DNA from: Vitrella brassicaformis CCMP3155 | Lineage: Eukaryota > Protista > Chromerida | DNA: 64,000 nucleotides | Reading direction: 5' to 3' | Assembly (NCBI GenBank): GCA_001179505.1 | Contig: CDMY01000646.1 | Location: 124,001 to 188,000, forward strand | Shown: piece by piece, positions 29,548 to 39,674 of the stretch | How positions within the stretch are numbered: the stretch's first letter is position 1 | How the letters are laid out: every line of letters starts with the position of its first letter | Notes under the pieces: model-generated | The model's input: only the letters and a program-made list of their open reading frames with translations | The model's database searches: none | What the model was told of the DNA's origin: nothing | Made by a program: the position numbers and the translations under genes

Positions 29548-30775
29548 TCTGTGTGTAGCGGCGTTGATGTCTTGGCACATGTGCGCGTGTGGATGGATGG
29601 ATGGCTGAGTGCGTGTGTGAGTGGTGTGTGTGTCACGCGAAGCGTGGGTCGGGTCGGTTCATTATTCGTGTGTAGGGGGGTAAATGCGTGCGTGGGCGTG
29701 TGCGTGTGCGTGTGCGTGTGCCTGCTCTTCAAGACTCCCACAACTATGGGCGGGCTTTTTTGGTTTTCTTGTCTGTGTGGGCGTGCATTGCGTGTGAGTG
29801 CAGAGCACATCACATGCTACGTGTGGCGGTTTTTGATGCCCCTGTTGGGCAGGCAGCACAGCGGTCGGTCCAGTCCAATGCGTGTTTGTGTGCGTGTGTG
29901 TGTTTAGTGTGGGTGGCTGGCTGGTGCGTGCCTGTGTGTATGTGCGTGTGTTACCCGTGGAGGTGTGTGTGTGGGGGTGTGTGGCTGTCTTTTTCCCATC
30001 GGACGTGTGTTGACGTGTGTGTGTACTCACTCAGCCGATGTGCGCTGAGACCGACAGACAGACAGTTTGGTAAGCGGATGCGGTTGGGTGTTGGGTTGGG
30101 TGGGTGGGTGGGGAGGGTGTATGCGGACGTGATTGCGAGAGACTGTTGATATCTATGCCCTATATGTCGGGTGAATGGACAAACCACGCCAGCCTTACTG
30201 TTAACACTCACTCAGGAATGGTCCCTCTCTACGCGCAAATTAATAAATGGACATGTGAGTGCACCATGCAGTGAGTCGACTCACGCCCCTGAATACACAT
30301 GGACTCACGCCTCCCTCCCCTCGGCTATCCACCCATCCATTGGGGGGAGAAGACATTGACTCACAGCGCAACGGCAGGCAGAGTCGGTCTGTCTCTCATG
30401 AAATGACCTGCGTCAATCGACCAACCCTCCCTCAATCACGCGACAAACATGCCAGCACCATCCTCACCGCCCGCCGGGCCGGCGTATCTACCATCGGCGC
30501 CGCCCACCACGCACACACACACTCGCACTACGAACCCACCGCATCACCTGGCTTTACGACTTGTCTGCCCACGCAGCCTTGGTGCGCACCACACACCATT
30601 GGCCGAAAAAAACCATTGGGCAGGCGGCTGCCCAATGCGGCTGAAGGCTGAAAAAATCGTTGGCCTCTCTGCCCCACACACCATCCACCGTCACGCATAA
30701 AGGGGTGAGTGGATGGACTTGTCTGTCCTCGCACACACGCCGGTGGTAGGCTTTCTTGGCCTCGGCATCCACCCG

Positions 30776-32558
30776 TCAGATCTTCCTGATGACGAACACA
30801 TGCGACTTGATGCCCAGGGGGCCCGGCCGGTTGCCGTACGACCGCACCAACTCCCCCCTCAGTGTCACGTAGAACTGCTTGACCCCGGCCGCAACGGCAT
30901 CAGCTGCATCAGCGGGATTGTGACCTTCGAGGCCGCCCGACGCTGCCGCTCTTTTGCAGTCGTCAGCCATGAAGGAGGTGACCATGCCCTCCGCCCAGCC
31001 GCGGGCCGACAACATGAGCTGCACACATTCAAACAGCTCACACACGCCATCCATCAGGTCTGTGTGTCAGTGTCTGTTTGCTCACGTCGTCGAAGAACAT
31101 CTCGGTGGCTTTACCCTCGTCGCACTGGCCGGAGGCGACCCTCGTGTTGTAGGCATGCAGGAAGACCTCGTTGTCTGCCGTCCAGATGGCCTCCAGCTGC
31201 AGCGGCAGCTCCGTGTGTGTGGCGGGACAGGGCAGTGGGCACTCGTCGTGGGCCGGCCGTCGACGCCCTCCCACGGCTGCAGCAGTGTGGACATGGGGAG
31301 GAAGACAAAAGGCAGGGACGCCTTGCTCGCCGTCTCGCGAGACACCCTGACACAGCAACAGCATTCACTGTGTGCGTGTGTGTGATATGGGGGTCTACCA
31401 GCCCTCATCAGCCATGACGTTCACGACGTTGTGGACGGCCTTGAACACGCCGCCCCCTTCCTTTGTTTCCACCCATGACACGACGATGCGGCCGCCCGGG
31501 ACGAGCTCGGCACTGCGGAGGCGCAGAAACGTCTCCAACTCCCGCTGCTTGACCTAACAATACCACACCAGACACCACCACAGACAGAGAGATTTGACAG
31601 ACGGACACCGTGTGTGTGTGATGGGGACACACACGTACCTGCAGCCACGCTTGTGTGGCCTCTTTGTCTGTGGAACACTGGAAGACCAGCCCATCGGACA
31701 GGGGCCTCGGCTGATGGTCCATCCTACACGGGCGTCACAACCGGAACAGACGTGGATGGACGAGTGGGCAGGTGCCCTCAGATGATACATGTGGGGGTCA
31801 TGTACTGCAGTGGCACACATAAGTACATACCAGTGGATCGAGTTGAAGGCGACCACCAAGTGAAGACTCTCGTCGGGCGCCTGACGCTCGTACTACACAC
31901 AACACACACACACAGTCGATGAATGCCGCCCGTGTTGCTTGCCCCTCCCCGTTCCTCACCATTGTCTTCCCGGACGCAAAGGCCATGGCTGTCGGCGGGC
32001 CCCCAGCGGCGTAGCCCGCCGGCGCATTGACCGTGTTGAAGAGCTCTGCCCAGTGGTTGGATGGCAGGTCGTTGTGGATGACACACAGACACCGATGGCC
32101 GCCGATTTCATGTCGGTGCTCTTGCATGGCCTTGTGCACGGCCGCCATCATTCCATCGGACGCCTTGCCGTGACCACACCTGCACGTCAAAGCAATCCAT
32201 CAACACACGAAAGCGAAAGACGAGTCGATGTGACGTCAGCCGCTCACACATGTGTGCTGTGCCAATACATACCCGCAGTCGAGGGCCCACACGGGGCCAA
32301 GGTTGTTGCCTCTCTGCCGCTCTCCCTTGAGCGTCTTGATCAGCCCCTCGGACACCACCGAATGCCACAGACGCGCCGCAGCCTGCAGCCCACAGCACAG
32401 CAAATCACAGAATCAGTGAGTGAATGCAACAGGGGATACCGGCAAGTGTGTCGGTCTGTCTGTGTGTGTGTGTGGGCACGCACCTGCTGCCAGTGGCTGC
32501 CGTCCTTATTGTACGACTTGCCCATCACGGGCGTCACGACACCCGCCATCCTTGCCAT
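30776..32558 (-). CDS. SABATH-family (Methyltransf_7) SAM-dependent carboxyl methyltransferase
   Basis: MGKSYNKDGSHWQQ, WALDCG|CGHG (SAM motif I), IHNDLPSNHWAELF, ESLHLVVAFNSIHW, FLRLRSAELVPGGRIVV, SLPFVF and LSARGWAEGMV, in the order expected for SABATH. Stop at 30776. Confidence 0.85.
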
Positions 32559-32884
32559 GGATCTTTCTCTCTCTTTGTGTGGGTGTCAGTCACCTGCCGG
32601 CCTCTGCTGTCGTATTTGTTGCTCTGGGCTTGACCGCTGCGAGCCAAGCGCGCAGATGCCGATCGGAATTCCGGACGCGATGCTCCTCCGTCAAGCGTCC
32701 TCAACGAGGCCTCACGACCCATGGGAGAGGCTCTTCTGACCAAGATCAAGATCTCTCGGCAAGCGACTGATTCATTGCTCTCCTACTGCCGCTTCCTTAA
32801 GAGTCCCGGTCCTCTGCGAAGCTCATTCCTTCGAGTGTCAGCGTGGACAAGATTGTCAACTGTGGAGGGCTGAGTTAACTGCCA

Positions 32885-33480
32885 ATGTGGAGGCCCCTTC
32901 CTATTCTGGGATGGCGTGACGTGTTCGACGTCGCCGGTTGCCCATCGTCTTGCCCTGCGTGGAAGGGGCCTGCTTATCCCAAGAAGCCATCTCCCAGGTG
33001 TAACAACCGCGGGGGCGACCACGTCCTGGTGCACTACAAGGGCCACGCAGAGGTGTGCCGCTTTCCACTACGGGCCAGTGTGGAGGACACGATGGTCGTC
33101 GTACGGGAGAAGTTCGGGCCGCATGGGCTGGAGTCGTGCGGTTTGTCAGTCCCTATGGGCAGGTTGTGGATCCTTTGCACTTGTTTTCTTATGAAAGTGT
33201 GGCACTCTGGCTCGGTCAGTGCTCTTCGGGACAGACAGACAGGCAGACAGACGTCGACAGTCAAGAGCCTTCTCTCTTCCCCGCGTGTGCGTGTGTGTGT
33301 GCAGGTCCGCTGTGGACGCCTGAGCAGGAGGAGGTGTGGAGGAGAGAGAACGCCCCCTCGTGGGTCAAGTGGCTGCGCCGCAACCTCAGGGGGCAGAAGG
33401 TCGAGCAACGGGCACCCACAGAGGACCACCAGCCACTCCTGGCCCACCACGGCGACCTGGTCGTACAAGGACAGCCCTGA
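32885..33480 (+). CDS. Hypothetical two-exon protein (~143 aa), divergent from the methyltransferase
   Basis: Exon 32885-33140 and exon 33305-33480 join in phase 1 across a GT-AG intron (LESC|GPLWTPEQ). Confidence 0.5.
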
Positions 33481-33782
33481 CTGACAAACACGCACATGGC
33501 TGCCTGCCTGCCACCCGCTTGGCCACACAAATGCAGCCAGGTGCTGCACTGCACAAATGCTCACACACAGCTGTGTGTCCTTTCCTTGACGATCTTTCTT
33601 TCTTTATTTTGCCGGTGGATGTATGCGTGTAGCTGTGATTGTGCTGTGTGGCTGCCTGCCCGCCTGGCCACAATGCAGCCAGCCAGGTGGATACTCTCTC
33701 TACACGAGGCCGAGCTGCCCACCCCCCTTTATGCCATTCATTCATCGGCCGACCGACCACTGGGCTTCACACTTGTGTGCCT

Positions 33783-34090
33783 ATGATGAGCCTGAGGGCG
33801 GGCGGCGACGCGGCTGTCGCAGTCAGGCCGTTCGTTGCTGGGCTGTTAAGGAGACGCCCGGGTAAGAAGGGAAGATGAGACAGGCAGGCAAACACCTGAC
33901 GCGCTTGTGTGTGAGTGTGTGTGCGTGCACAGCTTCTTTTGCTGATGATTTCGCCTCAGGTTTTTCTGACCCGATACCGCCTCGCCATTCCCGACCGACA
34001 CCATGCGGCTGTCTGTCATCCGGCCCCGCCGGCCGCCCGCAGGGTGGCAAGGGAAGCCGGGTCGGGGCGACGGACGCAGCCAGGAGATGA
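33783..34090 (+). CDS. Possible small two-exon protein (~78 aa)
   Basis: Donor GTAAG at 33862 and acceptor at 33932 are phase-compatible; no homology recognised. Confidence 0.3.
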
Positions 34091-34387
34091 CAGACGGCTG
34101 AAAGTGATGAGAGAGGGGCAGACTGATAGAACAGAGATATCTATTGATTGTTAGCACATATGTGCGATATGCGATCGAAATGCGGTAGAGCATGGAGAAA
34201 TTCTCTCTGGATGGGTGGAATGCGTCCAGGCGTGTGCACGGACGTGTGTCCACGCATGAACATCCACACCGACTCAGCAACCCTTAAACCAGTGAAGTGA
34301 TGAACCTGGCCGGCGACCACGGTTCATTGCGGGCCGCCGTCTCCCCCGACGCCCCCAGGCCGTTCGCCCCTCCCTACGGCTGCAAGG

Positions 34388-34844
34388 ATGATGATTCCCC
34401 TCGGCATGCAGCGCCTTATCGCATTCTCCCTCTTCGTTGCTTGGGCGGCACCCGGGCTGTCAGCGAATCCCTCCGACCCTCTCCGCCATCGCCGCAACAA
34501 TTTGAATGCCATCGCCCGACACGGACACATGGCCAGAGCCATTGACAGGAACAACGGCGCACAGCAGGGTACACGTGTGGCAGAAAGAGAGACCGACGTT
34601 GTCTGTGCCATTGGGTGTCTCATGTGCGCAGTCTGCAGGTGAAAAGTGTCAACTCGCATCTTGGGGGATTCTCTACGACTGCAAGACCCCCAAAGTGTGT
34701 GCCCTGCGCGTGCCTCAGCAGACGGGCGAGTGCGTGTCTGCCGATGAGGCACAGCAGCAGTGCGGCCCGGAGGAAGTCAAGAGCGCACCGGCCTCAGACG
34801 GCCGATACTGCATTGTGAGGTCACCCATGGGGGAAAAGGCTTGA
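34388..34844 (+). CDS. Small secreted cysteine-rich prepropeptide (~128 aa, 2 exons)
   Basis: Signal-like RLIAFSLFVAWAAPGLSA, then an RHRR motif. Intron 34569-34638 (phase 1). Exon 2 contains six Cys. Confidence 0.65.
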
Positions 34845-35346
34845 GTGAGTGGGTGGGTGAGTGAGCCGAGACGGACGCATGGACGGATGCATGAGGGATG
34901 GGTGTTAGGACCATCCCATGACACACTGAATCGAAGTGTCAGCGAATTGTTACACAACTTGGGGCCCCATCGATCTTCCCAATCGTTGCACCAGGCAAGA
35001 GCACGTCACTCTTTTCAGCCCGAAACTGGCCAAACCGATGCACATATCCACCATCTCAGCAAATATAAAATGTAGGCAGAGATTTGCGGGGTAATGGCAA
35101 CTGCAGATGGCCACCACCCCCTCCCACGCCCGTCCCTAGTGGGTGAGCTCATCGGGACTCTCACAGCACCTCCCTCCCTCCCTCCCTCCCTCCTATCCAT
35201 CCATCCATCCATCGATCCATCCATCCATCCATCCATCTATCCATCCCCCAATGCCATCCTCACGGCAGGTAGGCCTCAGTTGATGTGCGTTGGCGTGGTG
35301 CAGCTGCAGCTCTCGACTATCTTGGCCATTCCCTTCCACATGCCCC

Positions 35347-36041
35347 TCACACCCGCCCAGGCCTCCCGCAGCGGGCACGGGCAGCGTCTGCTGCTGCACT
35401 GGTGCGGCTGCTGCCTGCCGTGGGGTGCGAGCGGCTGGTGGTGCTGCCGCTGCTCTTGCTGCTGGTGGTCCTGGTGCGGGGCGGCTTGGTGTCCGTCGGC
35501 TTGGTGTGGGCAGGGCTTGGGTGGTTGTCGAAGTTGCCCGCCTTGGCGGCATTGGGGGCGGGGAGGGTGGGCTCGTCGACCTCTGAGAAGTAGATGGTGT
35601 CGGACATGGTGTTGAACTCCCACTCCGCCGCCTCCCTGGACGACTCGCGTATCAACGCCTGCACACATCAAACAGACTCGGTTTCATTATCACGGAAGAT
35701 GCATGTGCCCTCGGCATCCCTCCCAGCTTACCTCCCGTTTGGCCTGGCAGAGGTAACACAGCTGCCCTCCACTCCTTGCGGCAGGCAAACGGATTGCCAT
35801 CACACGGGCTGTCCTCGGCACGCGCCGGGCCCTCCTCCGCTATCTCCAGCATCAGGGCCTTCGCCTCGTTGAGGTCCTTCATGCGCTCGTCGCTGCCCTT
35901 GGTCTTGTCGGAGTGGTACTTGAGAGCGAGGAGGCGATAACGCTTTATCACGGACCCACTCGTCGCCCCCCTCCTCAGGCCGAGAATGCGGTGGGCCTTG
36001 CTAAGCTGCTGGAGCTTCTCAAACCAGCACTCAACTGCCAT
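35347..36041 (-). CDS. J-domain (DnaJ-like) protein with HSD in place of HPD; 5' end uncertain
   Basis: HRILGLRRGATSGSVIKRYRLLALKYHSDKTKGSDERMKDLNEAKALM is a compact J-domain; a downstream exon encodes a low-complexity tail. Confidence 0.75.
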
Positions 36042-36480
36042 CTTAACAAAGCTGAACCTCACAAGCCCCTTGGGCTGCACAGACACAGACACACACGGGA
36101 TCCCCCTGCCCTTGTTTTCCCCTTGTATCTTTCTCATTTCTTGTGCAAGCCACATGGTGCACCTCTCGTCATGGCCAATCTGGTGCATGAGTGTGTAGTT
36201 GCCGTTAGCCAGCCGGTCCCTGCCGCAACAACGCAGGCAAGAAGGATGTCTTTGGATGTTTGCTGCTGCTGCTCACCCAGGGCGGGCAGGATGGAAGCCG
36301 CCCATTCTGTACATATGTGCTGATGTCCTCCATGTCTCCACCCGCAGCAGCATTGTACGCACCCTGCCAAAGTGATATCGAAGACTCCAAGTCAAGGAGG
36401 CGTAACTCCACTCTTTATGGACCGCACTTATTGAGTGCGTCTCGCTTACTGTTCAAGTGGAGCGATGCGTTTTGCATTAA

Positions 36481-36543
36481 TCGAAGAGCCAGCGAATATA
36501 AAATGTAAGCAGCGATTGACAATGACAATCTTGTTTCCTCGAC
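36481..36543 (-). repeat. Dispersed module copy A (core TCGAAGAGCCAGCGAATATAAAATGTAAGCAGCGATTGACAATG...TTCCTCGAC)
   Basis: Near-identical to 50433-50495 and 53819-53881. Confidence 0.92.
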
Positions 36544-36659
36544 GCTGCACCACCATCGGCTGCCAGCTTGGCCGGCATGGGAGGCACAACAGCATCTTCT
36601 TGGCGATTCTGCGCACATACATGAGAATACGCGCGCACACACAGACACATACACCAGAT

Positions 36660-37620
36660 ACACATTGACCGGTCTCTCGTGTCACCTGTGGCCTCATGTT
36701 TCCGTTTCCTCCCTCCACCAGCCATCATCTGCAGCAGCAGGCTCGTCTGGCACCGGTGCCGTCTTGTGAGGGAGGCAAAGGGGCCTTTCTCGGTTGATGG
36801 CACCTACCGTTTCGCTGGCGTTTGACGATCCACTTGAAGAGCATTACGTGCAGGCAGCACTGTACCATGTGGCGGGTCCGATCACACACCCAACACGGTC
36901 TCCTCAGATATATCTGAACAAATATAAACAGCACAAAAACACCACCCCTGCACCCTTTTCGCCCTCTCTTTCCCCTCTCCCTTGCCTTTTGCGTCGTGTT
37001 TTCGCTTGCCCCGTCCGGACAGGAAGGTTCCCCAGCCGCCCGCATCAGTAGCAGCAGCAGCAGCAGGCTGCTCGCGGACAGGCGGCGTCTTGTGGGCGTT
37101 TGGGGTCGGTTTGGCGCCGAAGTCGATCATGAGTTCGTTGGGGCAGCGAATGCATCGGTCGCCCGGGACGAGGATGCGCTGCTCCATCAGGGAGAGAATC
37201 GAACCATAACACTCCTCCCTGCGTGTATCAGACGCAAACATACATAGATACATACATGCGTATGGCTGTTTGTGTCTGGGGGTGGTGGTTTGGTCGCTCA
37301 CTTGGCTCTGAATATCTGCTCGACTTGTGGGTCGTTGGGTGCGGACGGGGGTGGCGGCCTCGCCGTGAGGCCATGCGGATCCAGCGCCTTGGCCCGCTCA
37401 CACGCCATCGTGATGAACAGCCTTCCGGACACACAGACAGTATACACACACACACTTTATCTCGCCCAGCCTCTCGGTGCTGTGTGTCAGACAACGTCTC
37501 CCTCTCCCCATCTCTCTCTCCCTCTCCCTCTCTCTCTCCCTGTCCCTCACCTGACAGTCTTGGCAGCCTCCGCTTTCTTCAAGAGTGCCTTGATGTCGAC
37601 ATCGGGCACGAGCAGCCATG
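36660..37620 (-). pseudogene. Duplicated and rearranged fragment of the Nup155 C-terminal exons
   Basis: DIKALLKKAEAAKTVR, REECYGSILSLMEQRILVPGDRC...MIDFGAKP and LHVMLFKWIVK mirror exons at ~41820-42680 (DIKTLLRKAEAAKAVR, EERILVPGDRC...MIDFGAKP, LHVMLFKWIIK). Confidence 0.75.
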
Positions 37621-39674
37621 AGGATCTGGTGCTGTCATTCCTGCCATCAGCACACAACAGACACACACGAGCATCGATTATCTCCCTCTTTCGACAAAAC
37701 CCATGACAAAGCCGCCAGTGTCGCCTGGCGCCGGATCTGGTGGTTGAGAGGGCTCGTCCATCGGTACTCAAAACCAATGCCCGGTCTTCTGGCGGGCGAA
37801 AGGGTCGCTCCGCTTCGTTACCGTGCCACGAGGCTCTTCATCGACATCCTGGACGGCACCAGCAACAGAGAATTCGAGATCGAACAGAAGAGAAGGCACA
37901 GAGAAAGGCTGCGGCCTGCTTCCTTCCTGTCTTGCGCTGTGCTTCAAAAAAATATTACGCCCCCCCGTCTCCAGTCTTGTAAATCTCGACAGCGCGATGG
38001 TGTGTGGAGTGTAGTCCACACACCGGCAGGCACCAATGAACGCACCGGCGACTGATTACCCATGCGTTTTCGTCGGCACTTGGAACACACACGTCAATCA
38101 ACATGGCTACTATTGGATACTATTGGAGGGCGCGTGGCTGAAGTGCCCCACGTCTCGTGCATGGTCGTGTGGTGAGGCAAGTACGGCAAATACACAAGCT
38201 TCTCTCCGTCAGTTCAGATGTGCTCAGTCAGTCAAGTCGAGTCAGGATAGAGTGAGGGGCTGTCGAAGGACACGGAATGCAAGTCGCCTTGGCTACGTCA
38301 CGTGTGTGGCCAGTATGCTCAGTGCTGGCAGCGGCAGCTGACAAAGATGAAGGAGCAAATACACAGATCAGATGGCCACAAACACACACACAGACCAGGC
38401 TGCCTGCCTGCCTGCCTGCCTGCCTGGAAAGCGAGAGCAACAGCGACTATGTGTTGCGAATCGAAAAGCGATCGCCATGGCGCGCCCGCGAGGCGGCCAG
38501 GCTCAAAGCGATGCGATGACGCTACCTGGCGTACGAGTGCCAGTCTCACTTACTCATGTCTACAGGTAAGTGCTGTGCTCTCTGTCTGTCTGTCTGTCTG
38601 TCTGTCAGGTCAGCTGTTTACTCACGTCCAATATACACACACGGTACTCACGTGTGGGGTGGGTATGTGTGTGTGTCATGATGATACGTCATGGTGTGGG
38701 TGGGGAGTGACTGATGAATGTAATGTATGTATGTGGCCATTTCACCAAGTAAGGAGTGTCCGTCCGAAGGGAGTGAGTACGTCTGTCTGTCTGTCTGCTG
38801 CTGTGGTGGTCTCACACATCGATCCATTTATCCATCCATCCATCCATCTCTCTCGTCACCATCCGTGTGTGCTGTGCTTGGCACACGACAGCCCCATCCA
38901 CGTCCCTGCCGCCTCACCCACCCCAACGCCATCACACTCACCACGTCTGGTTCGATTCATGCGCGGCTCCTCTCCTCAAAGGAAAACAAAACAAAACAAT
39001 ACAATACGGCTACCACAGAACCGGAGAGAAAAAAACACAGGCGAGAAAGAAAAACCAAGAACCGCACGAAGAGAAACAAAAGGTGTGTGTTGCGCACACA
39101 CAGAAAGCACTGGAGAGAAAGAAAAACCGCGGCCTCCCAGGACCACACGAAAGCAAAGACATACGAGAAGAAAGACGGACGGCTACAGGGAGCAGTCGGG
39201 ATGAAAGGAAAGAAAAACCAGACAGACAGGCCTCTACAGAAACAGAACAGAGAGGCGTCTAAAGGAAGGGAAAGAAAAGAGAGAGGTGAAAGAAAAAGCC
39301 CGCGATTGGCTGGGGGGTGGTGAGTGATGATGGGTGTGATGGGCGTGGCGGTGTAGCTGTGGCTGGCCTGTACGTATGGGCGCACCGACGCACACCCTGC
39401 CTGCATACTGATGGATGGATGGATGGATGGCCATGCACTTACTCCCGTCTCATGCCATGGGGTGGGTGCGTGTGAGTGAGTGATGCGTCCGTCTGTCGTG
39501 AAAATGCACTGCGGCAGTCTCTGTTCATCGATGTGCGGACAGCATGTACCATGCACACAATACACACACGATGGATGCACATACAAGATGGCCACGAGAC
39601 CCCCATCCCATCCTAATCCAACCGACCCTCGCTACACACGACGTACAAATCGGCAATACAATACGATCGGCTGT

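Noticed and set aside
38960-39310. A/G-rich tract as an LTR or polypurine tract
   Set aside because: No paired LTR, primer-binding site or gag-pol sequence; more likely low-complexity UTR or intergenic DNA.
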